Assembly (NCBI GenBank): GCA_028534125.1
Contig: CM052818.1
Location: forward strand, 45,634,001-45,698,000
Reading direction: 5' to 3'
Source of the DNA: Lama glama
Taxonomy: Eukaryota
Length of the DNA: 64,000 nucleotides
Made by a program: the position numbers and the translations under genes. Of the stretch, positions 50,263-63,605 are shown piece after piece (position 1 is the stretch's first letter; every line of letters begins with the position of its first letter). The notes beneath the pieces were generated by a model. The model did no database searches. It saw only the letters and a list, made by a program, of their open reading frames with translations, and was not told where the DNA came from.

Positions 50263-52721
50263 TGTTTTGTTTTTTTTTAAGTGAAGTATAGTCAGTTTAC
50301 AATGTTGTGGTTTTCTAACACATTTGCTCACTCATTCAACACACACGTGCTGACTCTATGAGCCTGGGCACAGTGGGGCCAGCCAGGCTGCTCTCCTTTC
50401 CTGGCGGCCACCCACTGGCCCTTGCCTCAGTTTCCCCAACTGTGACATGGGGGACAACAGTGGTATCTACTCACAGATTGTGAGGAGTGAATGAAGTAAT
50501 ACATAAAAGAGTCTGCCAAGCCTAGAGCCCTCCTCAAGCCTGGCTAAGGGCATGGAGCATGTGGCCCACGTCAGACCAATCAGGCTGGTCCTCCAGGGAC
50601 ACCAAATGCCAGATATGGCTCCTGAGCTCCATCTTAGTGGCCACTGTGGCCCTGGCCCCCTCCTGAGCCTGGTGCAGGTGTGCTCTCCCCAGTCCCTGTC
50701 CGACCCCTGACCCTCGCTGGAGTCGCCTAGGCCTCCTCACTGCCAGCTCGGCTGTGTCCTCTCTCAGTGGTTTGAGTAGCCCTGTTCTCAGGAGTCACTG
50801 TGTCCCCCAAGCTGGCTGGGCAGGAGAAGAACACAGGACAGGCGAGGCAGGAAAAGTGGTGGGGCCAGTGGAGCCCAGCCTGCTGTAAACCCACACATCT
50901 GGGCTAGAAAGGGTCACAGCCATGAGCCAGCCTTTAACAGAGCGCCTCGCCCGACCCACGTCACATCATGAAGCCAGGGTGTTGTCACTGTTTGAATGAG
51001 GAGGAGTTGAGGCTCAGAGACTGAGCGAGGCCAGAGGCTGCATTACGTGACCGTGAACCTCAAAGGCCCAGAGGAGAGACTGAGTCCGAAGCTCAGATCA
51101 GGCCAACCTGGAGCAGAGCCAGAGTGGATGGCAGGTCCTCCTGGGAGTGGGACACCCACTCCCCATTTTCTCTTTATCTCTGGGGCAAGCGGAGCTGTCC
51201 CCCTGCATCCAGAGCGTCTTCTCAGGCAGCCCAAAGGCCGAAGGTGGTGTAGGTATCTGCAAGCGTGATGGGGTGGGTGGTGTCCTGCGGGTGTGGTCAT
51301 GGAGGACGTGCTCTCTTGGGGACCCCAGTTTTGCCAGGTCTAGTCTCTGTCATCCCAGGGTCTTGGGGGGACCCTAGCCTTGGATCCCATTCAGGCCCCA
51401 GCCCTGGTCTGCCCTCCCTGCTCCAGGCATCTTTCACTTCCCCCCACTCCACCCCACCCCACCTAGCTCGCCACCACCCCGCCCCTGGCCTCCTGACTCT
51501 GTAGCCCACTGAGCTTATCCACCTGTGCCGGTCATTGCCAGGTACTTGTCTGCCCCTACCCCCAACCCGACTGTGAGCACCTCGGGCCAAGGCTGTGGTC
51601 TGTTCGTTCTTGGACCCTCCACACCATCCCCACATCACATGGGGCTGGTACCAGTGAAGCCCTGCTGGGTGGGATAATGGCTGGTTCTGGATTCCTCACA
51701 GCCCACATGGTAGCCAGGGTATGGTGGGTGTGGGTGCTCTGGGCCAGCAGTCTTATCTCTGGTCACAGTTTCTGAATTTCCGCCCCCAGGAACAGGCCCC
51801 TTTCTCCCAGTGGCTGGTTGCCACAGAAACTGCCTCGCAGAGGGGCTTTGGGACTCCTGTCAGTCCATGCCAACCACTGCTTCCTGGGAATAAACCCAGC
51901 TCTTTCCAAGGGGCCAGGAGAACCGTGGATGGAAGAAGAGGGAGCTGCTCAGGAGAATGCACTTCACCGCCAGTGCCACGGGCTTGCCATTGGTGGGGGG
52001 CCATGGCCCCCCCAGGACCCCTCTTGGCCGCCTTTCCTCCCCCTAGCCCTCTGTCCTCCCGAGCATCTGTCTGGGGGCCCTATTGTTTGTGCCTTGTATG
52101 AGGACACGAGTCCAGATGCAGCAGGTCCTGCCCAGGCAATGCAGTGTTAGAGGAAAAGCCTCAGGAGCTGCCCCTACCAGGAACCTGCAGTTTAGAAGAT
52201 AATTTTGAAAACTGAAAAGAACTGAGAATTCCAAGAGCTTAACCTCCAGTGGTAACATTCCAAGGGGGAGCCAGGAGCAGGACCCCAGCACCTCTAAGAA
52301 CACGGCCCTTTTCTGTCTCGCCCCTTCCTGAGCCTGTCCCCATCCACACCAGCTGCTGGTCACTGGTACAGGCTGCACACAGCTTTGGCCACTGGTGATG
52401 CCCTCTGATGTGTCCCTCCCCTGCTGACCCTGGCTCCCGAAAGGCACCTCTGACCATGTAATTGAAGAAGCAGAAACCAAGATATGTGCCATCATGGACA
52501 TCCTCCTCACTTTTACTCTGCAAAGCCCTCCATCAAGTCCTGTTGATCTCACTTCCATTATCTCTCAAGATGCTCCGTTTTCTCCCCACATCCACCCCCA
52601 GCATGGCCATTCTGGTCCATATTTACCTCCAGCTCCCAGCCAGGTTTCTCCTCCTGGACTCCTCACATCCTCTCTGGCTTCCTTCTAATCCAGTCTTCAG
52701 GCTCTGGCTACAGCAATATTG

Positions 52722-52861
52722 ACTGGGATTGTGTGGAATTTATAGATTACCTTGCATATTGAGTTTTCCAATTCACAAACACAGTGTGGTTCTCCTTTAT
52801 TATTTTTTTTTAGGTCTTTAATTTTGTTCAGGAGTGTTTTATAGTTTCCAACATGCAAATC

Positions 52862-52912
<51 letters not shown>

Positions 52913-53865
52913 TTGTCTTTTTCCCCCTTGTCTTTTTTTGGGGGGTGGGTAATTAGGTTTATCTGTGTATTTTTAGAGGAGGTACTGGGGATTGAACCAG
53001 GGCATGCTAAGCATGTGTTCTACCGCTTGAGCTATACCCTCTCCTTACAAATTTAGATTTATACTTAAGTATTTCATGTTTTGGGAAACTACTGAAAATA
53101 GTGTTTTATTCAATTTTTAATCATTCAGTGCTAGCATTGAAATATGACTGATTTAATTTTCTCATTTTGAAATAATTATAGACTCATAAAAATTTGCAAA
53201 CATAGTACAGAGAGGTCCCATGGATCCTCCCACCCAGGTCCCCTCAATGATTACATCTTATGTAACAATAGCGAAATATCAAAACTAGGAAACTGACATT
53301 GGTACAGCTTGTGTGCCTAGGTCTATGTCATTGTATCGCATATGTAGATTCATATAGTCACCACTCTCAAGATACAGAATGAAATACAATTGATTTTTGT
53401 GTATTTGTATCCTGCAACTTTGCTAAACTCACTTACTAGTTCTAGCAGGATTTTTTTTGTAGATTACTTGGGTTTATTTTTTTTAACAAAGATAATCATG
53501 TCATGGATAGAAACAGCTTTATTTTGTCCTTTCCAATGTGGATGATTTTTTTTTCTTACCCTATTGCATTGGCTAGGACCTCCAGTTTGATGCTGAACAG
53601 GAGTGATGAGAGCCAACATCCTTGTCTTGCTCTTGATCTTGGAGGGAAGCAATCATCATTAAGTACCATGTTAGCTGTGGGGTTTTTGTAGGTGCCCTTT
53701 ATCAGATTGTGGAAGTTCTCTTCTATTACTAATTTGCTGAGAGTATTTATCATGAATTATTGTTAAATTTGCCAGATATTTCTTCTGTGTCTATTGAAAT
53801 GATCATATGGTTTTCTTTTTTAGCCTGTTGATATGATAGATTACATTGATCTATTTTCATTGATG
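52722..53865 (-). mobile_element. LINE-1 ORF2 (RT region) remnant with nested SINE and L1 3' fragment
   Basis: ORF 53556-53753 (MINTLSKLVIEENFHNLIKGTYKNPTAN) resembles L1 ORF2. Segment 53160-53380 looks like a separate L1M 3' end. Confidence 0.85.
52862..53044 (-). mobile_element. Vic-1-type SINE with (TAAA)n tail
   Basis: Reverse complement reads GGAGAGGGTATAGCTCAAGCGGTAGAAC...GGTTCAATCCCCAGTACCTCCTCTAAAAAT. (TTTA)n array at 52862-52914. Confidence 0.9.
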
Positions 53866-54059
53866 TTGAAAAAGCACAAATATTATCACACGATGGTCCT
53901 TTTCAAGTGTTCAATCCATCTAAGAGCCTCCCTTTGATCCTAGGATAAAATCAAAATCCTTAGCACAATGAATCAATTACAAATGTATGAGCCTTTGAGA
54001 AGCACACATCTAACTAACTGCTTAAATAATATAGCCATTTAACAATAGCACCTAATAGG

Positions 54060-54450
54060 CCTGTAGTTCCAGGGCTGGCTCAGCATCTGGTCACGAGTTT
54101 GGCATCTCTGCCTTGCCCTCATGGTTGCAAGATGGCTGTAGCAGCTCCAGGCATGATTTTCTAGCATGACTGTGTCCAAAACTGGAAGGGAGGATGGAAA
54201 CAAGAGGATTTTCCTCATATAATTCTGTTTTGATCAAGCAGGAAAATAGTTTTCTAGAATTTCCTTAGCAGGTTTTCCCTAATATCTCATTGGCCAGACC
54301 TGGTCACCTACTTATCTCTAAACCAATCACCTGGCACAGGACTACCATAATGGCCATAGACCATCACAGTTCACCTTCCAGACCTGAGTGCATTTTGACT
54401 GGACAAAGGCAGGGAGAAAGAATACAGCTATTGAGGAGTGGCCAACATGT
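54060..54450 (-). mobile_element. Old MLT1 (K/L-like) LTR
   Basis: ccctcatggttgcaagatggctgtagcagctccagg...atctcattggccagacctggtcac...aaaccaatcacctgg. Confidence 0.7.
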
Positions 54451-55129
54451 CCACCGTCCTAGTTAACCCAAGCCTCTACATGACCTGGCTTCTCACTTAC
54501 TTCCCATCCTCTGGCTCCAGGTAAATACGATTCCTTCTGCCTGGAATGCTCCTCTTCCCACACCAGTTCACCCAGAGGAAGGTAACTCACCCTCCAGGTC
54601 CTACCTAAGGTGTCTCTGCTCTCTTTGACTTCTCAACTGGGTCAAGTTCTCCCCCCAGCTCACCTCTGCCATCCCTTCTCTGCTCATAGCATCCAGCATG
54701 GACAGGACTCAGCATCCCCCAGGGCTCCTCCTGCCCGGTCTCCTCTCAGAGTCCCTGCTCACCCTCTTCCTTCTTTCCACATCCAACCTTCCACCTCCAA
54801 ACCCCACTTATCCTCCTAGGACCATCTGCATGCTCCCTCCTCCGTGCAGACCTCCTCAACCCTTGCAGCTACAATTCCTATCCTCCTCCATGCCCACCTG
54901 GCAAGTGTCTTTTGAATTGCAGCTATTTCAGTACATGCCTGTCTCACCTGCCAAGCTCCCTGAGAGCCCAAACCATGTCTAATTCTTCTCCATAGCCCCC
55001 ACCATCGCTACAAGTGCCTTTCCCATTGCCGGCCTCAGCAGGTGTTTGGAGGCTGAAGGATTAGAAATAGACTGCAGACTGAAACAATAACCACCACCGT
55101 CTTCACCTTGTGAGGGGTTCTGGTGGGCA

Positions 55130-55300
55130 GCAGGTCTCACAGCCATCAGCTCAAATCCTCCCCACAGACAGTGGTATAAGGAGCAAGGTTATCTCCACTC
55201 CACCGTTGAAGACAGATGCCAAGAGGTTAAAATAACTCCCCCAAGGTCACATACAGGGTAGAACTAGGACTTGAACTAGGGTTTTTTTCTGACAACAAAG
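55130..55300 (-). mobile_element. MIR SINE
   Basis: agaggttaaaataactcccccaaggtcacatacag...gaactaggacttgaactagg. Confidence 0.65.
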
Positions 55301-58300
55301 CTGGGGTTTTCCCCACCGCTCCTGGGAGGCAGAGAGGAGAGTGAGGAGGCGGGTCTGTGACGGAGGCAGATGGAGGAGGGCACGGGGTTGGGGGCGGGGA
55401 GGAGACAAGGACTAGAGTCTGGACACTAGCCATACCCAGACCCTGAGCAGGAGCCCCTGCTGCTCCATGTGGAGGCCATAGGAGGAGAAAGCTTTTAGGC
55501 CACAAGTATGAACTGGGGTCAGAGCCATGCTGGGCACCTAGAGAAAGCCATGGTCCTCACCCACAAGGGTCCATGGTGGGATGGGGACATGGACACCTGC
55601 ATCAAAAACTATAAACAATGAAGCAGGACAAAGGTGTGCAGCTTGCTCCAGGAACGCAGGGGGACATGGCCACCCGGGAAGCCACTGATACCAGCTGCTC
55701 TGCGGGAGGCAGTCTATACCCTCACCCCCACAAGCCCAGCCATTCCAGGCTCACAGCATCTGGGAAGAAGAAATCATGGTTTCTGTGCCACAGATGAGCA
55801 GGCTGAGGCCCAGGCAGGACAAAGACTTTGCCCCAAGACTCAAGGAGCTGGACTCAGGTCTGCCCTTCCCCCAGAGACCTCTCTGCACCTGCCCCAGGCA
55901 GACTTCCTCCAGGACTGATTCCAGAAACTGGCCCCAGGCCGTGTCCATCCAGAGAGCTAGCAGCCTCATCTTTGTAGTTTTTCCAGCTCTCTTGGTTACA
56001 CTCCCAAGTGACTTGCCACCACACCGCTCTTTTTTTCCTTTCAAAGATGACTCATAGATGAAATGAGGCGTTTTGGAGTAAATGATGGGACTGAATTATT
56101 CAAGCTCCTCCAGACTCTGAAATGACTTTAATGTGTTTATGTTTTGCATTAAGCATTGAAATGGTCTGAGGGTTCCCAGGATTTACCTTAACTTGTGAAA
56201 TGCCTCTTGGGTCCATGGTCCAGCCCAGGACCAGCCGTGACATAAGTGTCTAGGAGACATCAAAAGCAGTGGCCACTTCCCTGATGCTGCCCCCTGTGCC
56301 TTTCTCCCCAATCTAGCTGACAGCTGGGGCTTTGTTGCTGCAATCTCATGTTCGCCCTGACAGAACCCAGCTCCGTCCCTTGGGCAGAAAGGGGGTGCTT
56401 TGCAACCATTGCCAGCTTTGCTGAGAGATGGTGAAAACCCAGGTCTGTTGCTGCCCATGCAGACGGTCCAGTGAGGGCACGTGACTCGTGTAACCTGAAT
56501 TTGAGTATAAGGGAGATATCAGAGGCCTGTCGTGTCCATGACTCACAGTGCCCGCGAGGTCCCCGGAACGTAGTAGACCCACACAGTAACGTCTGCTGGA
56601 AGGAAAGTCTCAGTGCTGTGCCCACACGCAGCCCCGACAGGGTTCTCCAGCCCTGAGCAGGGAGGACAGTCTCCCAAAGGTGCGCTTGGCTGGCATTCTG
56701 AGGAGCCTGCATTGGGGAGTGGCAGAGAGCAGGAAGCCACGGGGCACGTGGAGGCACCTGGCATCACCCCTAGGCCAATGGGAGGGAGAAGCCCCCATCT
56801 GGACCACAGCTCTGCTGTAGGAAAGGAGCACAATACATTCTAGCCTGTCTCCCCACCACACTTGCATCCCTGGCCAGGGCTTCTCAACAGCCGAACCCAA
56901 TAGATGTTGGGAGACAGGTGAGTCATTGCCAAGTCCATTCAAGCCAGCCCCTGGGATCCAGACAGACAGAGAAGAGCAGAGAACAGATGGGCAAGGGTTG
57001 CCTTAAAAGAGGGAGGCCTGGGCGGGTCCAAATCCTGAGACTTCTGGCTGGTCACTCAGCTCTTCTGCAGGACAAGGACCTCTGCTGTCCAACCCCTCCT
57101 CCTGGAAGATTAGGAGCTGTCACAGCAGAAAGAGCACATCTGCAAGAGAGGGGCATCACTGCAGGGGGACATGGCAGGGAGACCAAGAGGCCATTCTGCC
57201 TCATGCAGGAGGATGCGGGCTATCCGTGGGAGGGGTCTTTGAATTGCAAGTGGCTCCTGGGTCCTGGGAAGGAGCAGGGACTTGAGGCCTGGGCACCAGC
57301 CCCTGAGATTGTGGAGAGAGGGGGGCGCTGTCCCCCAACTTGGAATTCCTTAGCCTCTCCTCCCCCTCAGAAGGACTGGCACCGACTCTGTGCCTCTCAC
57401 TCCTTCCTCCCAACGCCCTCCATGACAGAGGGAGGGATCATGTGCCAAGTGATGTGCTGGCTCCAGCTCAGATGCATGTGGCTCCAAAGATGGGACTCCC
57501 TTCCATGGCACCCCTGTCCCGTGCATTCCACCTGCGGCAGCCGCAGAATGGGACGGATGAGAGAACCCCAGCCTCTCACCTACCCCTCTTCTGAGCGGTT
57601 CGGGGAGCTGCAGCCTCCCGGAGCTCTGGTTCACACAGATGCCCTCCCCCTCTGTCCTGTGCGCACAGGGTCCCTCCCCAGGTGTGTCCCCTTGGCCTTA
57701 ATGAGCTCCTCCGAGGATGCCGTTTTCAGGCCTGACACCAGATGGCAGGGGAGCCAGAAGAGGCGTGGTCATGAGGTCATAACAGGTCATTTCCGGCAGC
57801 CTCCTGCCTCCACGTTGTGGGGCCTCCACGGTAAGGGTGTGTCCTGCCTGCCTCTCTGCTGTCAGCACCAAGGCCCCCATCCTACTGGAGTCCTAGGCCG
57901 AGGGGGTAACAGGAGCCGCCCAAACTCAGCAGTAGCTGGGTCCTGGAAGTGCTGGTAGCTCCCGTGCCCAGGCCTGGGGAGAGCTGGAGTTGCCTGTTTA
58001 TTCCCAGTGTCCTGGCTTCCTGTTTGCCCTCCAGACCTGCCATGGAAGCCGGTCAGTGGGACCAGGAGTGGAGCCTGGTTCTAATCCCCAGGAGTGAGCT
58101 GATCCCTGAACAGTGTATGTGACCTGGGTCTCCCTGATGCTCAAAAGCCCCAAAGCCCAGAAGGCCCCATTCCCTCTCTCCTGGGCCCCATTCACAGTGG
58201 TGAGAATCAGCCTTCCCTTTGTGGGTGGTGACCCACAGAGCACCCCTTCCTGCTCTGCTCAGCTCCTCTCAGGCTCAGCCTGTCTGGCTCGAGCTCACTG

Positions 58301-58339
58301 TCTACCCAATGCCACCAGTGTGTCACAGGCCACAAGGCC

Positions 58340-58510
58340 AAATCTCCATCACTGACAATGATCGCTGTAGCCCTCTGATCTCTTACAGATATGATCTTGT
58401 TAGTCTTCCATAGCGTCATAGGAGGTTCAGAGAGGTTAAGGAACATGACTGAGGTCATGCAGCTTGCAAATGCCAGAGCCCAGGGTCCAGCTTTGATCGA
58501 GGCCCCTCTG
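58340..58510 (-). mobile_element. MIR SINE fragment
   Basis: gaggttcagagaggttaaggaacatgactgaggtcatgcagcttgcaaatgccagagcc. Confidence 0.65.
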
Positions 58511-60684
58511 CCCCTGGAGAGTCTTAGCACTCTGCTGAGAGCTTACCCCCCAGGGCTGACAAGCACAGGCAGCACCAGGACTGACTGAAAGTGAGCCATG
58601 ACACTGCCTTCTTCGCCCTCAAGCGTAGCTGGGAAGGAGCTCAGAGGGCAATGCCAGGGTCCTGTGAGGCAGGCAGAACTCTGGCTCAGAGAGGTGAGGT
58701 GACTTGCCTGGGGTCACACAGATACACATGGGGTCAGAGCCCCTGCCTTTTCTGCTCTCTCAGGGACACTACCCCTGCGATCTGGGACACAGAGAGACAG
58801 CCTTGAAGAAGCCACGTCTCCCCAAACACAGAACCAGATGCAGAGAAAGCCTTTCTCTGATCACTTTGGGCTCTGGGTTTCCTGCTAGTTTCAAATGATT
58901 GGGGTTGAAAGGAATCAGTGGTTGCCTTTCACCATCTCCTCCCAAACTCTCCCTGAGGATTGCCGGAATCCAGGCAGAAAAGGGGGAAGGTGTGTGTCCC
59001 CGTCTGCAGCTGCCAGGTCGAGAAGCTGCAGTCCCTCAGACGGAGCCGTGAGCAGTGGGTTTCTATGACAACCCGGGCTACAGTTGTCCTTAATTAAAAT
59101 TAGCTTCAAAGTTGATCATTCTCCTGGACCCTACTGGTAGGAAAGGAGGAGGCCACAGTCCACAGCAGTGGATACAAGGGGGGCTGATTATCTGAGCCTC
59201 TGGGTCAGTCCTGGTTTGGGAGACTTCAGGGACTGGGACTTGAGAAAGACATGCTGTGCAAGGCCGGAGGAGCACCACCAGGCTGGGTAAGGACCCCCCC
59301 AGGGGTGGGTTGCATGGGGACCTTGTCAGCGGCCCTTCACCCAGCACCACATCTACCTCCTCCAAGCTCCCCTCTGGGGCTCTGAGTCGTGGGCACCAGA
59401 GAACCTAGGTCCTTGTCCTGTGCCTGCTTGACCTGGTGGTCAGAACACAACCTCACTGGGACCTGAGAACTCGGAGAACAGGAGACTGGTGTCCCCGAGC
59501 CCCAGTGGAGGGTGGGGGTGGCCCAAAGTGAGGAGAGGGATAGTGGCCAAGGCCCAGCCAATCCCCCGACCCCATCCTGCCTCATTCGGGGCCCTAAATG
59601 CAGAAAGGAAGAAGGACTGTGGAGTAATGAAATAAATCATAATAGTTATTGTCATGGTGATGATGGTGGTTGTAGATGTTCTGTCAGAGCCCCAAAGTGG
59701 TACAGGGAGTAGGGGATGGAGGACCACTACCTGTTCCGGTAGGAGTCAGGGAGGAGGGATTTCGAGGCTAAGCCTCAGAGGATGGGACTTCAGTAGAAGC
59801 AGGAGGACCATCTAGGCTAAGAGCAGAGTGGGTAGAATGCAGGAGTCTTCGAAGTCTGCGGTTGGTCACTTCTCCATAAAACACAGCTTGAGGGGAGGAA
59901 GGGCCATCCAAGAGCCCCAACTCCCTTCGGAGGGTGGCTGCGTGAAGACGTGAGCTGACATTTGAGGCCAATGTTGAAAATACAAATGGGGCTGGCTCGT
60001 GGGCTTCATGCATTATGCAGCAAGGGTAAATAATGAATGACTTGGAATTTTCTTTTTAACCATTTGGTTACTGATTTGTCTCCAGGATGCTGAAAACACA
60101 AGAGTCTTTATCCAGCCTGTCTCTAGGATTAAGAGAATGATTTAATTAGAATTCTCTCCAGGCTAACTGAGACATTTTCTACTAGAAGCAAATGAGCAAG
60201 TTTTCAACAGACCAAGTGAGCATCTCCCAGAAGAAAGGAGCTTTTACTGGACTCTGTTCAAAGGCTTCCGTCTGCACAGCAGGTGACGCACACTCTCCAT
60301 TTTCCCAGGGAAAGAGAACTGGGTGAGTCTAGAGCTGGGTGTGTTAGCCTGAAAACTTCATGGGTCCTGCCTCTCTCTGGGAGCAAAGGGAATCAACCCA
60401 CTGCATCCTCTCTACCCCAGCCTGCAGGCTCCGCCACCCCACAGGAGGGCCGTCAGTGGGGACCCTCTCAGAGGGAGGCTGGTGGGGTGAAGTGCCTTCC
60501 TCACCTGAAGAGAGAGCTCGAGACCTGTGCTAGACAGATGGAGGCTCTAATCCCCAAACACGAGGGATGGGGGGTCCTGGGAGGGGTCATAAAAAAGACT
60601 TCAGGGTGACAGAAAAGTTTGTATCAAGTATGTTATCAGCAGATTCACCTATGACCTCAGGCTGCTCTAAAAACAGTTATGAGG

Positions 60685-61380
60685 TCGTCGCCATCTGACC
60701 CAGCAATCGCACTCCTGTGTGAACTTGTGCTCACACAGAAATCTGCACACAAATGCTCACAGCAGCTTTACATGTAAGAGGCAAAACTGGAAACGACCAG
60801 ATGTCCTTTAAAAGGTGGATGGTAAGCACACAGTGGCAGATCCATGCCACGAGCACCTATCACACGCAGCAACCTGCGAAGATCTCCAGGGAGCGGTGAT
60901 GAGTGTGAAAAGCCCATCCCAAAAGTTTACACACTCTTTCCGTCCATTCACATAACGTTCTTGTGATGACAAAAGCAGGTTAGTGGTTGTCCCGGCAGGG
61001 GTGGGGGTCGAGGTGGGGAGAGAGGATTGGTGGGAGGAGGGGGGTGTGGTTATGAAAGAAGAGCTGGAGGGGTCCTTCTGGTGCTGGAACTGTCCCGAGT
61101 CTTGACTGTGGTATCGGATCCACTAACCTACACAGGTGATAAAAGTGCATTGAACTAAAACACACACACACATATGAGTACAGATAACACTGGGGCAACC
61201 TGAATGAGATGCGTGGACTGCACGGATGTCCATATGCTGACCATCCTAATGCACTAGTGTTTTACAAGATGTTACCACTGGGGGAAACCCGGTGAAAGGT
61301 ACGTTGGATCTCTCTGGTTTATTTCTTACAACTGCATGTGAGTCTGCAGTTATCTCAAAATCAAAGATTTATACTCAAAA
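60685..61380 (+). mobile_element. LINE-1 3' end (L1MC/L1MD-like)
   Basis: tgacccagcaatcgcactcct...aaaactggaaacgaccagatgtcc...gatgttaccactgggggaaac...atttcttacaactgcatgtgagtct. Confidence 0.85.
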
Positions 61381-61479
61381 AATAGTTACGCTATAATGCC
61401 GAGTGACAGGGGGCAGACCACGAAACTTGGTGTGTATTGTGCTCAGTACTATTTCAAGATCTTGAAATTTACACCCATC

Positions 61480-62025
61480 TTCTAATGCTGAACAAGTGCC
61501 CACCCCAGGACCCAGAGACCCCACTCCTGAATACAGCCCCAAGGGAGCTGGGTGAGGTGACCACCCGAAAACGTGGGCAAGGTCGATAGCAGCTTTCTTC
61601 ATAATGGCCCACAGTCAGAAACAACACCAGTGGTAGAACTAACAGAGTGTATCGTGTTCATCCAATGGAATCCTTAACGTGGCGATTAAACAGCGCCGTC
61701 TCGTGCGGTACACACTTTGATGAGTCTCCCTGATGTGTGATGAGCCAGAGAAGCCAGACACAAAGCCCGCAGATGCAGGTTCCTTTATCTGAAGTTCAAG
61801 AACAGGCAGGTAGAACTAGCCCCTGGTGATGGGTCAGAACGGTGGTGCCCCGGGAGGAGTGAAAGGATTGCCCGGAAAGGGCCTGGGGGAGCCTCCAGGT
61901 GCTGGCGATGTTCTAATACCTGGGTGTGGATGTTTCTAAAACTTAATTGAACTACACACTTAAGATTCATGCACTCTGTTGTGTGTGTTACACTATAATA
62001 AACACTTCTAAATTTTTTTAAAAAG
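61480..62025 (+). mobile_element. Old LINE-1 (L1ME-like) 3' end
   Basis: atagcagctttcttcataatggcc...agaagccagacacaaa...gaagttcaagaacaggca...tacacacttaagattcatgcact. Confidence 0.75.
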
Positions 62026-62589
62026 CACTTAAGCCTCAGCTAAGGAACAGAGGCAGGACAGCAGCGTGTTAGCAGGGCTCACTGCTTGCATTTGGGTTCT
62101 GGCATACTTTCCTCTTTTTCTGCTTCTCCCTCTGCTCACAGTGAGGGCCCTCAATCACCTCCCTCCTCACTTTCCCTCTCTACCTGAGATTCTGGGTGAA
62201 ACTCCAAGGGTCCCCAGAGGCCTGAGCCCAGGGGTGATGAGAAGGGCTGCTCCCATCCAGTGAGGAGCCTGTGCTGGGTGAGGCCTCTGCCAGGAGGTGG
62301 GGGGCTTCAGAGCAGCACTGGAGCTGGCCGCCCCGCACCTCCACCTTGGAGGGAAGGGCCCTGCGTGCCCCCAGATGAGTCGCTGTCCCAGGTAGTAGGT
62401 TTTGGCAGCAAACACAAGTCAGCATTAACCACTATTTAGCATGTTGGGGATGGAGTGGGAGAGAAAGGGATCCCAGAAAGAGGAAGGAAGGGAAGGGGGT
62501 CAGAGGAGAGGGAGTGAGGGGAGAAAGAACCAGAGTCACACACAGCCACGGGCTGGAGTCCAGGTGGCTCTCCCAGTGCCCCTGGAGGG

Positions 62590-62712
62590 GGAGGGGTTAC
62601 TGCTATTTTTGTCCCCATTTTGCAGATGAGGGAACTGAGCACAGAGTTTAAGTCACTGGCCTCAGGACTTAACTCTAGTAAGTGGCAGAGCTGGCTTTAA
62701 GCCCAGGCAGCC
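62590..62712 (-). mobile_element. MIR SINE
   Basis: ccccattttgcagatgagggaactgagcacagagtttaagtcactggcc...ctagtaagtggcagagctgg. Confidence 0.8.
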
Positions 62713-62714
62713 AG

Positions 62715-62823
62715 GAGGGCTCTGCCCCTGCTTTAATGCTCTGCTATCGCCATCTTGAAATCCTTCATAAATTTTGAACAAGGGGCCCCACATTTCATCT
62801 TACAGACTATGTCTCCAGTCCTG
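62715..62823. mobile_element. MER91-like hAT-Tip100 MITE
   Basis: tttaatgctctgctatcgccatcttgaaatccttcataaattttgaacaaggggccccacatttcat. Confidence 0.75.
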
Positions 62824-63460
62824 GGTGCAGGAATGAAGCCAACACCCCAAGTGTCTCTCCTTCACGGGAAAGGAGCCTGACTGCAGCACTGGGAGTGAGC
62901 GTCTGCGGGTCTGGCAGGGAGGACAGAGAAGGGCTCCAATTGTCCTTTAAAGCTCGAGAGGCACAATTCAATTCTTTTCACAATTTCATTACTGGAAAAA
63001 TCTATCGGCCCCAGGAGCATTCTGCTTACAAAATTGAACTAAAAACAAAAGGACGTTCACTGTGCCTTCCTCAAGGTCCAAGTTGAGCTGGGTTTCCATA
63101 AATCACTGGCAAGCAGAGGAAGGAGAGCCCCTCCCCTGCTTTCACCCGCCCTGTTTCTCCCAGCGCTGGAGATGCCGGAGGTGGGAGGAAAGCGGGGCCC
63201 CAGGTGGGCCAGGCCAGAGCTGGCCTCCCCTCCATCCTCTCTGCCAAGCAGCCCCCACAAATGGTGTGAGGGAGGGATCAGCTCCGCGACTTAGAGCAGA
63301 GAAACTGTAAGTGACCTATCTGAGGTCACATGCCCAGTGAGTGGCTGGATTGGGATCTAACCCAGGACTGCCTCGGCCCCAGAACTCAGGCTCTGTTAAG
63401 TCACTTTGTCCCTTCTCTCAATATATTCATGGTAAAATACATGTTAATCCCTCAAAGTCA

Positions 63461-63605
63461 GGGGAAGGTGTAGCTCAGCGGTACAGCACGTGCGTAACAT
63501 GCATGAGGTCCTGGGTTCAACCCTCGGTACCTCCATTAAAAATAAACAAATAAAAATAAAAATAATTACCTCCCCTCCCCACCAAACTTAAAAATAATAA
63601 TAATA
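63461..63605 (+). mobile_element. Vic-1-type tRNA-derived SINE, full length
   Basis: GGGGAAGGTG TAGCTCAGCGG (A box)...GGTTCAACCC (B box)...A-rich tail. TSD-like AATCCCTC(A/C)AAG at 63446-63457 and 63606-63617. Confidence 0.92.

Noticed and set aside
56918..57958. Longest ORF (346 aa)
   Set aside because: Non-ATG start, composition typical of GC-rich non-coding DNA (P/G/R/W/C-rich), and no recognisable domain or exon context.
63461..63535. tRNA-like sequence (also 5865-5937 and 52975-53044)
   Set aside because: A-rich tails, a TSD-like flank, degenerate stems and multiple copies indicate SINEs, not tRNA genes.
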